Below, one piece after another: positions 1-8,534 of a stretch of 64,000 bases of DNA. A program made the position numbers and the translations under genes. The notes under the pieces were generated by a model, which was not told where the DNA came from, searched no databases, and saw nothing but the letters and a program-made list of their open reading frames with translations. The stretch spans positions 24,649 to 88,648 of the forward strand of contig JBKBLH010000023.1 in NCBI GenBank assembly GCA_046296475.1, in the 5' to 3' direction. The DNA comes from Reyranella sp. (lineage in GTDB: Bacteria; Pseudomonadota; Alphaproteobacteria; Reyranellales; Reyranellaceae). Position 1 is the first letter of the stretch. Each line of letters begins with the position of its first letter.

Positions 1-2
1 CC

Positions 3-89
3 ACGGCGCGCGCCAAGCTGCTGATCGCCTTCCTCGAGATGAACGCCTTCGGCGATCCTTCCGACACACCGCCCAGCCGCAAGAACTGA
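3..89 (+). CDS. 3' end of an unidentified CDS cut by the window edge
   Basis: The frame is open from the window start and closes at TGA 87-89 (...LEMNAFGDPSDTPPSRKN*). It is too short to assign a family. Confidence 0.25.
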   Translation, partial: TARAKLLIAFLEMNAFGDPSDTPPSRKN

Positions 90-92
90 TCG

Positions 93-1049
93 TCAGTCGG
101 CGTAGGGAACCGGCGTCGACAGCGCCGGCTCCTCGTGTCGTGCCCAATAGAGATCCTCGATGCGACGGGTGAGCGCGCCGGGCCGGCCATCGCCGACAGG
201 ACGGCCTTCGTAGTTCACCACCGGCATGATGCCGCCGGCCGTGCTGCTGATGAAGATTTCGTCCGCCTCGGCCATCTCGCGCGCCTGCACGGGCCGGACT
301 TCGCACCGCAGCTGGAGCGTCTCGGCGATCTCCATCACCGTGCGGCGCGTCATGCCCTCGAACAGGCCGCGCGCCGGCGTCGCGAGCGCGCCGTTGCGCA
401 CGACGAAGACGTTGAAGCCCGGCCCCTCCGTCACTGTGCCGTCGGCGGCCGGCAGCAGCGCGATGGTGGCGTCGCGGTCATAGGCCTCGAAGATTCCCAT
501 GGTCAGGTCGAGCCAGTGGAAGTTCTTGATTCGCTGGTCGAGCGATTCCGGCGGGATGCGCTGGGTGTGCGACAGGATCATGCGCAGGCCGTCGCGCCGC
601 TGGGCCTCGTCGGCGATCCAGACGAAGGGCTGTGCGAAGGCATAGAGGCGGTTGCGGCACAGGCGCGGGTCGCGCGTGCCCACCGGCGGCAGGCCGCGGG
701 TACAGGTTACCTGCACGTAGGCATCGCGCAGGCCCGACCGGCTGACGCACTCGATCATGATTTCCGCGATCTCCTGCGCGGTCAGCGGCAGCGACATGCG
801 CAGACCGGCCATCGACGCCTGGAAACGCTCGACATGATCCATGAGCCGGAAGAAACGTCCCTTCCAGACATGGGCCACGTCGTAGGTCGCATCGGAACGC
901 ACGAACCCGCGGTCGAGAATGGGAACCGCGGCTTCCGACAGCTTCATCCAGCGGCCGTCCATGTAGGCCACACCCTTGATGGCGGCGGTCTCGCTGTCAT
1001 GGTCCATTGCCAGGCCCTCGATCCGCTTCGGGAATTCAGGCCCGACCAT
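93..1049 (-). CDS. fold-type IV PLP aminotransferase (branched-chain / D-amino-acid aminotransferase family)
   Basis: 318-aa track ORF with family-typical stretches (AAVPILDRGFVRSDATYDV, TEGPGFNVFVV, FISSTAGGIMPV). There is an alternative in-frame ATG at 1007. The gene starts 3 nt after the stop of the upstream CDF gene. Confidence 0.8.
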   Translation of the reverse strand: MVGPEFPKRIEGLAMDHDSETAAIKGVAYMDGRWMKLSEAAVPILDRGFVRSDATYDVAHVWKGRFFRLMDHVERFQASMAGLRMSLPLTAQEIAEIMIECVSRSGLRDAYVQVTCTRGLPPVGTRDPRLCRNRLYAFAQPFVWIADEAQRRDGLRMILSHTQRIPPESLDQRIKNFHWLDLTMGIFEAYDRDATIALLPAADGTVTEGPGFNVFVVRNGALATPARGLFEGMTRRTVMEIAETLQLRCEVRPVQAREMAEADEIFISSTAGGIMPVVNYEGRPVGDGRPGALTRRIEDLYWARHEEPALSTPVPYAD

Positions 1050-1052
1050 GAC

Positions 1053-1961
1053 TCATCGGGTTTCGATCGTCACATGCAAGAGTTCATGGACCGGCAGGAG
1101 GCGTTCGCGAATGGTCTCGCGGTCGACGCTGCCGGCAACGCTGACGATCGCGGCATGGGCGCCGGGGCCGATCCGCCAGATGTGCAGATCCGTGATGCGC
1201 GCATCGCCCGGCCCCTCGACCTGTTCGCGCACTTCGGCTTCAAGATGCGGATCGCTCGTGTCGAGCAGCACGGCGGCGGTGTCGCGCAGCAGATTCCACG
1301 CCCAGAGGGCGATCACGATGCCGCCGACGATGCCCATGACGGGATCGAGCCAGATCCAGCCGAGATAGCGGCCGGCCAGGAGGGCGACGATCGCGAGGAC
1401 GGAGGTCAGCGCGTCGGCAACGACATGGGCGAAGGCCGAGCGAAGGTTGTTGTCGTGGTGGGCATGTTCGTGCCCGTGGTCGTGATGATGCTCGTGCCGG
1501 TGTCCGTGACCGTGCCCGCCCGACAGCAGGAGCACGCTGGCCACGTTGACAAGCAGGCCCAGGATCGCGACGAGCGTCGCCTCGCCGAAGGCCACGGGCG
1601 AGGGATCGAACAGCCGCCCGACGGATTCAGTGGCGATCCCCAGCGCTACCAGCGCCAGGACCAGCGCCGACGCGAAGCCCGAGAGATCGCCGACCTTGCC
1701 CGTGCCGAAGCTGAACCGGCGATCGGCCGCATGCCTGCGCGCGAAGGCATAGGCGGCGGCCGCGACGGCCAGCGCGCCGGCATGGGTCGCCATGTGGAAG
1801 CCGTCGGCCAGCAGCGCCATCGAATTGAAGACGATGCCGGCGGCGATCTCGCACACCATCATCAGGGCCGAGAGCGCCACCACCCAGAGCGTGCGACGTG
1901 CATTCTCGTCGTGCCGCTCGCCGAGGAACACGTGGTCGTGGGACAGGGGCTCCGCGCTCAT
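1053..1961 (-). CDS. dmeF: cation diffusion facilitator metal-efflux transporter, DmeF-like (Co/Ni type inferred from context)
   Basis: 302 aa with multiple hydrophobic segments and a His-rich loop (GGHGHGHRHEHHHDHGHEHAHHD). It lies 10 nt downstream of an RcnR/CsoR-family repressor gene. Confidence 0.8.
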   Translation of the reverse strand: MSAEPLSHDHVFLGERHDENARRTLWVVALSALMMVCEIAAGIVFNSMALLADGFHMATHAGALAVAAAAYAFARRHAADRRFSFGTGKVGDLSGFASALVLALVALGIATESVGRLFDPSPVAFGEATLVAILGLLVNVASVLLLSGGHGHGHRHEHHHDHGHEHAHHDNNLRSAFAHVVADALTSVLAIVALLAGRYLGWIWLDPVMGIVGGIVIALWAWNLLRDTAAVLLDTSDPHLEAEVREQVEGPGDARITDLHIWRIGPGAHAAIVSVAGSVDRETIRERLLPVHELLHVTIETR

Positions 1962-1971
1962 GCCGCCCTCC

Positions 1972-2247
1972 TCACTTCGCGTAGCGGCGTACCACGGCGA
2001 TCAGCTCCTCCGCGCCCGCGGCTCGCGCTGCGGCGTCGAGCCCTGGCCGAGCCACGTGCTCGCGCACGTGATCCTCGATCAGCTCGCCCATCAGCCCGTT
2101 GAGCGCGCCGCGCGCGCCGGCGACCTGCTGCAGGACCGCCGAACAGTCCGCATCCTGCTCGATCGCCTTCTCGATCGCCGCCATCTGACCCGCGATCCGG
2201 CGGACCCGCGCGACCAGCTGCGCCTTCTTCTTCTGGAGGTGTGCCAT
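1972..2247 (-). CDS. dmeR: RcnR/CsoR/FrmR-family metal-sensing transcriptional repressor (DmeR-like)
   Basis: 91 aa from ATG 2247 (MAHLQKKKAQLVARVRRIAGQMAAIEKAIEQDADCSAVLQQV...). The upstream part of the 137-aa track ORF has no support and runs through the operator. Confidence 0.85.
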   Translation of the reverse strand: MAHLQKKKAQLVARVRRIAGQMAAIEKAIEQDADCSAVLQQVAGARGALNGLMGELIEDHVREHVARPGLDAAARAAGAEELIAVVRRYAK

Positions 2248-2267
2248 AGTATAGTCCCCTATACTAT
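2246..2267. promoter_or_regulatory. candidate DmeR/RcnR-type operator, a perfect 9-4-9 inverted repeat
   Basis: ATAGTATAG-TCCC-CTATACTAT reads AT-rich arms around a G/C tract on the gene strand (ATAGTATAGGGGACTATACTAT). It abuts the dmeR ATG. A possible TTGGCT-N16-GATAAT promoter lies on the minus strand at 2293-2266. Confidence 0.6.
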
Positions 2268-2372
2268 TATCGCCGGCTGGGAAAGCCAGCCAAAGCACAT
2301 CGGCGCGGGCTAGGGGCTGCGGCGGGCGCCGTGCTATAAGAAGGCAGAAAAGAATCAGGGAAACCCCGCACG

Positions 2373-2591
2373 ATGAGCCCTCCATCGGACGACTCCGCAG
2401 TCCCCCGCCGTGCCGGCGTGGACCCGAAGCTGCTCGAAATCCTCGTCTGCCCGGCGACGCACGGTCCGCTGGAATACGATGCCGCGGCCGGCGAGCTGAT
2501 CAGCCGCAAGGCCGGCCTCGCCTATCCGATCCGCGACGGCATCCCCATCATGCTGGTGAGCGAAGCCCGCCCGTTGCGGGACGTGCCGTGA
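2373..2591 (+). CDS. Trm112 family protein (UPF0434/YcaR-like)
   Basis: 72-aa ORF with [16 protein letters not shown]...[17 protein letters not shown] at 2418 is a possible shorter start. Confidence 0.8.
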   Translation: MSPPSDDSAVPRRAGVDPKLLEILVCPATHGPLEYDAAAGELISRKAGLAYPIRDGIPIMLVSEARPLRDVP

Positions 2592-2998
2592 CGGCCGAAT
2601 TCCCCAAGGCCGTGCCCGACGGCGGCAGCTACGAATCGGACACGGCGCCGTGGCCGGTGGAATTGCGGGTGTTCAAGGAGGAGGGACGGCTGGAGATCGA
2701 TTTCTCCGACGGCCATGCCTGCGCGCTCCCCGCGGAATATCTGCGGGTCGAGAGCCCCTCCGCCGAAGTGCAGGGGCACGGGCCGAACCAGAAGAAGATC
2801 GTCGGCGGCCGTCGGCACGTGAAGATCGCGTCGGTCGAGCCGGTCGGACACTATGCGATCCGCATCGTATTCGACGACCGCCACGACAGCGGCATCTACA
2901 GCTGGGCTTACCTGCGCGAGCTCAGCGAGACGCGGGCCGAACGCTGGGCCGCCTACGAAGCCGCTCTGGCCCAGCGCGGTCTGAGCCGGGACACCTGA
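2588..2998 (+). CDS. DUF971 (gamma-butyrobetaine hydroxylase-like N-terminal domain) protein
   Basis: 136-aa ORF whose GTG start overlaps the Trm112 stop (GTGA). The sequence [26 protein letters not shown]...[22 protein letters not shown] is typical of this family. Confidence 0.75.
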   Translation: MTAEFPKAVPDGGSYESDTAPWPVELRVFKEEGRLEIDFSDGHACALPAEYLRVESPSAEVQGHGPNQKKIVGGRRHVKIASVEPVGHYAIRIVFDDRHDSGIYSWAYLRELSETRAERWAAYEAALAQRGLSRDT

Positions 2999-3017
2999 CG
3001 AACCTGACGAGCCACCC

Positions 3018-4271
3018 ATGAAGATCATCATTGCCGGCGCCGGAATCGGCGGATTGACCGCCGCGATGTGCCTGCATCGTGCAGGACACGACGTAACGGT
3101 GTACGAGGCCGTGTCGGAGATGCGACCGCTGGGGGTCGGCATCAACATCCAGGCCGGCGCGGTGCGCATCCTGTGCGGCCTGGGCCTCGAGCCCGCCCTC
3201 GCGGCCACGGCCATCGAGACCCGCGAGCTGCGCTACGCCAACCGCCACGGCCAGACGATCTGGGCCGACCCGCGCGGGCGCCATGCCGGTCTTCCCTGGC
3301 CGCAATTCTCGATCCATCGTGGCGAACTGCAGATGATCCTGGTTCACGCGGCCCGGGAAATGCTGGGCGCGGACAGGATCCGGATGGGGCGGCGCATTGC
3401 GCGCTTCGCGCAGCACCACGGCAAGGTTTCCGCACAGTTCGTCGATCGCGACGGCATGCCGGTCGAGAACGTCGAGGCCGACATCCTCATCGGCGCCGAC
3501 GGCATCCACTCCGCGGTGCGTGCACATTACTATCCGGACGAGGGTCCGCCCAAGTGGCAGGGCATCCTGATGTGGCGCGGCGTCACCGTCGGCAAGCCCT
3601 ATCTCGGCGGCGCCACGATGGTGCAGGCGGGTCATCACAACCAGAAATTCGTCTGCTATCCGATCAGCCGTGCCCACGCCGACCGTGGCGAAGCGCTGAT
3701 CAACTGGATCTGCGACCTGCACATGGGCGACGGCGCGCTGCCCTCCCGCGAAGACTGGAACAAGCCGGGCAGGCTCGAGGATTTCCTGCCGCGCTTCGCC
3801 GACTGGAACTTCGGCTGGCTGGACGTGCCGGAGGTCATCCGCAATGCGCACACGATCCTGGAATTCCCCATGGTCGATCGCGACCCGCTGCCGCGCTGGA
3901 GCCATGGCCGCATCACCTTGCTGGGCGATGCCGCCCATCCGATGTATCCGATCGGCTCCAACGGCGCCTCGCAGGCGATCCTCGACGGCGAGGCGATCAC
4001 GCAGGAACTGGCCATCGGCGACGATCCCGAGGCTGCGCTGAAGCGCTACGAGGAGCGCCGCCTGCCGCCCACGGCGCGCATCGTCGAGAGCAACCGGCGC
4101 AAGGGAATCGACGTGATGCTCGACATCGTCGAACAGCGCGCGCCGCAGGGCTTCACCGATCTCGAGACCGTGCTGCCGGCGGACGAGCTCGAGAAGATCG
4201 TCGGCGACTACAAGAAGCTCGTCACCCAGGATCGCGAGACGCTGCTGAAGCTCGCCGCCGCCTCGAAGTGA
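3018..4271 (+). CDS. FAD-dependent aromatic-ring-hydroxylase-like monooxygenase
   Basis: 417 aa with an N-terminal GxGxxG dinucleotide fold (MKIIIAGAGIGGLTAAMCL) and a later GDAAHPMYPIGSNGASQAILD motif. Confidence 0.85.
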   Translation: MKIIIAGAGIGGLTAAMCLHRAGHDVTVYEAVSEMRPLGVGINIQAGAVRILCGLGLEPALAATAIETRELRYANRHGQTIWADPRGRHAGLPWPQFSIHRGELQMILVHAAREMLGADRIRMGRRIARFAQHHGKVSAQFVDRDGMPVENVEADILIGADGIHSAVRAHYYPDEGPPKWQGILMWRGVTVGKPYLGGATMVQAGHHNQKFVCYPISRAHADRGEALINWICDLHMGDGALPSREDWNKPGRLEDFLPRFADWNFGWLDVPEVIRNAHTILEFPMVDRDPLPRWSHGRITLLGDAAHPMYPIGSNGASQAILDGEAITQELAIGDDPEAALKRYEERRLPPTARIVESNRRKGIDVMLDIVEQRAPQGFTDLETVLPADELEKIVGDYKKLVTQDRETLLKLAAASK

Positions 4272-4451
4272 TCGGCCCAAAAGAAAACCGGCCCCTCTCG
4301 GGACCGGCCGTGGCAGCGGTTTAAACCGACCATCACATCGCCGGCCGCCACCGGGTGAGAATGTGCCAGAGTGCAGTGACAGAATTATGGCTCTCGGATC
4401 AGCGTTTCCATCCCTCTCCCCCGCCATCGGGGCTATTGCATGGAGTTCAAG

Positions 4452-4544
4452 GATCCCTCACTACGTTCGGGATGACACCGTTTGTTTGATCGGCGCATTG
4501 CGCGGCTCCCAACGAGATTGTCATCCCGAACGCAGTGAGGGATC
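4452..4544. repeat. MITE/REP-like element: 26-bp inverted repeat arms with a 41-bp spacer
   Basis: Left arm is 4452-4477 (GATCCCTCACTACGTTCGGGATGACA). Right arm is 4519-4544 (TGTCATCCCGAACGCAGTGAGGGATC), the reverse complement with 1 mismatch. The arms resemble the 43604-43653 palindrome (21/26 by hand). Confidence 0.7.
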
Positions 4545-4610
4545 TTTTTCTTCACGCTGCCTCAGCTTGCCTCTCTCCCTGGCGGGGAAGAGGAGACGGG
4601 CAGGGCCCGC

Positions 4611-6197
4611 ATGAGCCTCGCGCGGGCGATCGCGACGGTCGGCGGATTCACACTGATCAGCCGCATCGTGGGTTTCGTGCGCGACATCGTGCTGTCGGCG
4701 GTGCTGGGCTCCGGCGCCGTAGCGGACGCCTTCTTCGTCGCCTTCAAGCTTCCCAATTTCTTCCGGCGGCTGTTCGCCGAGGGCGCCTTCTCGGCCGCCT
4801 TCGTGCCCTTGTTCGCGCGGGAACTGCAGGGCGGCGGCCGGGCCGAGGCGATGGTCTTCGCACGCCAGGCCCAGGCCGCGCTGCTGCTGGTGCTGGTCCC
4901 CTTCACCGCACTGCTGATCCTCGCGATGCCCTGGGTGATGGGCCTGCTCGCCCCCGGCATGCGCGACGAAGCTGCGACCTTCGCCCTGACGGTCGAGTTT
5001 GGGCGCATCGCCTTTCCCTATCTCCTGTTCATCTCACTGACCTCGCTCTACGGCGGCGTGCTGAACGGCCTCGACCGCTTCGCCCACGTCGCCGCGACGC
5101 CGATCCTCCTTAACCTCACGCTGATCGCCGCCGTACTGGGACTGACGCCGCTGCTCCCCAACGCAGGCTACGCCGCCTCGATCGGGGTGGCGATCGCGGG
5201 CGTCCTGCAGTGGGTCTGGCTGCTGGTCGCCTGCGGCCGCGAGGAGGTCGCCATGGCGCTGGTGCGGCCGCGCTGGACGCCGCGGGTGGCGCGACTGGTG
5301 AAGCTTGCCACGCCGGTCGCGATCGGCGGCGGCGTGCAGCAGATCAGCGCCGTCCTCGACGTCGTCTGGGCCTCGCTGCTTCCCGTGGGTACGATCTCGG
5401 CGCTCTATTATGCCGACCGCGTCGCGCAGCTGCCGCTCGGGGTGGTCGGCATCGCCATCGGCACGGCATTGCTGCCGCTGCTCGCGCGCGAACTGCGCGC
5501 CGGCAACACGCAGTCGGCCATGACCAACCAGAACCGCGCCCTCGAGTTCGGCCTGTTGTTCAGCCTGCCGGCCGCCGTGGCGCTGTGGCTGCTGGCCGAT
5601 CCGATCATCCGCGTGCTGTTCGAGCGCGGCCGCTTCCTGCCCGAGGATACGATGCGCTCCGCGAGCGCCCTGGCCGCCCTGGCGGTCGGCCTGCCGGCCT
5701 TCGTGCTGGTCAAGGCACTGGCCCCCGGCTTCTTCGCCCGCGAGGACACCCGCACGCCGCTCTACATCGCGTTGGCGGCGATCGCCGCCAACATCCTGCT
5801 GAACGTCTATTTCCTGTTCGCCACGTCGCTGGAACTGGTCGGCATCGCGCTCGCTTCCTCCCTGTCGGGCTGGCTGAACGCGGCGCTGCTGGCCGCCGTC
5901 CTGCGCCGGCGCGAGCAATGGATCCCGGACGGCCGACTGATCTCGCGCAGCGTCCGTATCGCGGGTGCCAGCGCCGGCATGGCTGCGTCACTGTGGTTCG
6001 GCCTGCACTGGCTGGCGAGGCCCCTGTCGCGCCCCGACATCGAGGGCGGCCTGGCGCTGGCCGGCATCTGCGCGATCGGCATCGCGGCCTATGCGCTGCT
6101 GGGCGCCGCGCTGGGCGTGGTGAGGATCTCCGAGCTGCGCTACGTGATGCGCCGCCAGCCCGGCCTCAAGTCAGCCGACCCAGGCGAACAATCGTGA
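4611..6197 (+). CDS. murJ: lipid II flippase MurJ (MviN)
   Basis: 528 aa, polytopic membrane protein. The N-terminus GGFTLISRIVGFVRDIVLSAVLGSGAVADAFFVAFKLPNFFRRLFAEGAFSAAFVP is characteristic of MurJ. Confidence 0.92.
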   Translation: MSLARAIATVGGFTLISRIVGFVRDIVLSAVLGSGAVADAFFVAFKLPNFFRRLFAEGAFSAAFVPLFARELQGGGRAEAMVFARQAQAALLLVLVPFTALLILAMPWVMGLLAPGMRDEAATFALTVEFGRIAFPYLLFISLTSLYGGVLNGLDRFAHVAATPILLNLTLIAAVLGLTPLLPNAGYAASIGVAIAGVLQWVWLLVACGREEVAMALVRPRWTPRVARLVKLATPVAIGGGVQQISAVLDVVWASLLPVGTISALYYADRVAQLPLGVVGIAIGTALLPLLARELRAGNTQSAMTNQNRALEFGLLFSLPAAVALWLLADPIIRVLFERGRFLPEDTMRSASALAALAVGLPAFVLVKALAPGFFAREDTRTPLYIALAAIAANILLNVYFLFATSLELVGIALASSLSGWLNAALLAAVLRRREQWIPDGRLISRSVRIAGASAGMAASLWFGLHWLARPLSRPDIEGGLALAGICAIGIAAYALLGAALGVVRISELRYVMRRQPGLKSADPGEQS

Positions 6198-7119
6198 CGC
6201 CGGGCCGCAGCGGGCGGCTCGACGCGGGCATCACCAGCACGCAATCGTCGTAGGGCGTCGTCACCGGCTCGCCATCGTCATGCCCCAGCACGGTGCCGGC
6301 CCTGGCGATCACGTCCTGGCCCTCGAAGCGCTGCGCCGGCGTGAAGTTGCCGCGCTTCGTGGCGATCGCATGCGTCACCTCGACGACCCGCTGCTGCCCG
6401 GGATCCGGCTGGCGCCAACCGGCCGGCAGGTCGGAGGCTTCGAGGACACCCGTCTCGACCAGGAAGCGGGCCGTCACGTCCTTGGCGACGACGACCGAGG
6501 AGGCGCGCCAGTGCTGGCCGGTCTCGATCAGCAGGGCGTTCTTCGGACTCGCCGGATCGCCGAACCCGCCATAGTCGCGCATGCGCATGCCGGCGGCATG
6601 GCCGGCGTCGCGCACGATGTCGACCGGCGTCCCGATCCTCTTCGCGAAGGCCACGCCCTTGTCGAGCGGGCCGGACAGCATCAGCGGCACGCAATCGTCG
6701 TGCATCGAATGCAGGTCGAGCAGCAGGTCGGCGCGCTCGACGAAGGGCTTCAGCACCTGGGCCCGCTTCGTCTCGACCGTGGTCGCCGGCTGGTCGAGCC
6801 GACCCCAGACGCGGTTGAAATCCTCGTCGACCAGGCGCGACTTGAACGGCGTGCGCGGATCGAACGCGTGATAGGCCTCGATGTTGTTGAAGGACAGGAT
6901 CAGCGTGCCCCTGCGCGGCTTCACTTTCATGTCGAGCAGCGCATCGACGACGACCGCTCCGGAGACCTCGTTGCCATGGGTCAGCGACGCCACCATCACC
7001 GTCGGACCGGGCTCGCCGCTCTCCAGCACATGGACATAGGGCGCGGCGCCCTTCTCCCATTTGCGCAGGTCGGGGAAGGTGAACTCGATCGGCGGGTTAT
7101 CGGACATGTCTTGGACCAT
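6166..7119 (-). CDS. succinylglutamate desuccinylase/aspartoacylase (AstE/AspA, M14-like) family zinc hydrolase
   Basis: 317-aa ORF (…VMVASLTHGNEVSGAVVVDALL…LLLDLHSMHDD…). An alternative ATG is at 7107. Its 3' end overlaps the convergent murJ by 32 nt. Confidence 0.75.
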   Translation of the reverse strand: MVQDMSDNPPIEFTFPDLRKWEKGAAPYVHVLESGEPGPTVMVASLTHGNEVSGAVVVDALLDMKVKPRRGTLILSFNNIEAYHAFDPRTPFKSRLVDEDFNRVWGRLDQPATTVETKRAQVLKPFVERADLLLDLHSMHDDCVPLMLSGPLDKGVAFAKRIGTPVDIVRDAGHAAGMRMRDYGGFGDPASPKNALLIETGQHWRASSVVVAKDVTARFLVETGVLEASDLPAGWRQPDPGQQRVVEVTHAIATKRGNFTPAQRFEGQDVIARAGTVLGHDDGEPVTTPYDDCVLVMPASSRPLRPGVTIVRLGRLT

Positions 7120-7174
7120 CGGCAGGTTGCATCGTTCCTTCGCATGCTAGTTTGCCAGGGACAAGGAGAAGCCA

Positions 7175-8473
7175 ATGGCGCGCAGCCGGTATCGCTGGTT
7201 CATCGTCTTCCTGCTGTTCGCGATCACGGTCGTGAACTACATCGACCGGGCGGCGCTCTCCTACGCCATCCCCTTGATCCAGCGCGATCTCGGCCTGTCG
7301 CCGGCGGCGACCGGAGCCATCCTGGGCGCCTTCGGTCTGGGCTATGCCGTGACGACACTGCTCGGCGGCTTTGCCGTCGACCGCTACGGCGCCCGCATGG
7401 TCCTCACGCTTGCCGCCGTGCTGTGGAGCCTGTCCATCGGGGCAACGGCGCTCGCGACGAGCGTCGCCATCCTCTATGCCGCCCGCGTACTGCTGGGGGT
7501 CGCGGAAGGACCCAACTTTCCCGCCCTCACCGGCGCGGTCAGCCACTGGCTGTCGCCGCACGAGCGGGCGACGGCGCTGGCGAATGCGCTGCTGGCGGTG
7601 CCGCTGGCGCTGGCGATCGGCGGGCCGCTGGTCACGGTGCTCCTCGGCTGGCTCGACTGGCGCCTCACCTTCGCGGCGCTGTTCGCGCTCTCCGCCGCGT
7701 GGATCCCGCTCTGGTACTTCTGCTTCCGGGACGACCCGTCGCAATCGCGGTTCGTGAATGCGGCCGAACTCGCCCATATCCGTAAAGTGGATCCCGGCGT
7801 GACCGCCGCGCCGCACGCGGTGCTGAAATCCTGGCCGGAGCCCGGCGTGCTGAAGCAGCTGCTCACCAACCGCACGCTGCTCGCGAACTATTGGGCGTTC
7901 TTCGTCTTCGGCTATTTCCTGTTCTTCTTCATGACCTGGCTGCCGAGCTACCTGGAGCGCAAGTACGGGCTGAACCTCGCCTCGGTCGGCCTGTTCTCGG
8001 TCCTGCCCTGGCTGTCGGCCGCCATCCTGCTGGGGGCGATGGGCCGCTGGTCGGACCATCTGCTCAAGACCACCGGCAGCATGCGCCTCTCGCGCTCATG
8101 GCTGATCGCCGGCAGCCAGCTTGTCGCGGCCCTCGCGGTCGTGCCGGTGGCCCTCACCGACAATCTCACCGTCGCGGTCGCCGGCATCACCGTGGCCGTC
8201 GCGGCGTCGATGGGGGCAAACGCCGCCTACTTCGCGGTGAATGTCGACATCGTGCCCCAGCGCGCCGCGACGGCGCTCGGCCTCATGGATCTCGCCTTCG
8301 CCCTCGCCGGCTTTCTGGCGCCAGTCATCACCGGCTGGGTGCTGAGCCTGCGCGGCTCCTTTGCCGACGGCTTCCTGCTGATGACCGCGCTTGCGCTTTC
8401 GTCGGTGTTGGTGGTCCTGCTGTTCCATCACCCCGACCGGGACCGCGAAAGCCGAGCGAAGCTCGGCTACTGA
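7175..8473 (+). CDS. MFS transporter (anion:cation symporter/ACS-like)
   Basis: 432 aa with about 12 hydrophobic segments. The N-terminus WFIVFLLFAITVVNYIDRAALSYAIPLIQRDLGLS is typical of ACS-type MFS permeases. Confidence 0.85.
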   Translation: MARSRYRWFIVFLLFAITVVNYIDRAALSYAIPLIQRDLGLSPAATGAILGAFGLGYAVTTLLGGFAVDRYGARMVLTLAAVLWSLSIGATALATSVAILYAARVLLGVAEGPNFPALTGAVSHWLSPHERATALANALLAVPLALAIGGPLVTVLLGWLDWRLTFAALFALSAAWIPLWYFCFRDDPSQSRFVNAAELAHIRKVDPGVTAAPHAVLKSWPEPGVLKQLLTNRTLLANYWAFFVFGYFLFFFMTWLPSYLERKYGLNLASVGLFSVLPWLSAAILLGAMGRWSDHLLKTTGSMRLSRSWLIAGSQLVAALAVVPVALTDNLTVAVAGITVAVAASMGANAAYFAVNVDIVPQRAATALGLMDLAFALAGFLAPVITGWVLSLRGSFADGFLLMTALALSSVLVVLLFHHPDRDRESRAKLGY

Positions 8474-8479
8474 GCGGCA

Positions 8480-8500
8480 AGACATCGCGAAGCGATGTCT
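8480..8500. terminator. hairpin between convergent genes (putative terminator)
   Basis: AGACATCGC-GAA-GCGATGTCT forms a 9-bp perfect stem. It sits 7 nt after the MFS stop. No clear U-tract follows. Confidence 0.4.
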
Positions 8501-8534
8501 GGGAGCGCCGAAGAAAGAGCGGCCCGGAATGTCC

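Noticed and set aside
135-2102. 655-aa plus-strand ORF spanning the aminotransferase, CDF and repressor genes
   Set aside because: It is antisense to three recognisable genes. It has an Arg/Ala/Gly/Asp/His-rich low-complexity composition and no family resemblance. This is the typical stop-codon-poor antisense frame of GC-rich DNA.
4363-4614. 83-aa ORF containing …CHPERSEGS…, and the similar ORF 43551-43799
   Set aside because: Both read straight through palindromic repeat elements. The same peptide-like strings arise wherever the repeat occurs, and there is no ribosome-binding site. They are treated as non-coding repeats. ORFs 26081-26263 and 26148-26465 across the 26088-26214 element are rejected for the same reason.
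6166-6197. 32-nt 3'-end overlap of the convergent murJ and AstE/AspA-family genes
   Set aside because: Both ORF ends are well supported and such convergent overlaps are common in compact GC-rich genomes. Nothing further suggests regulation.
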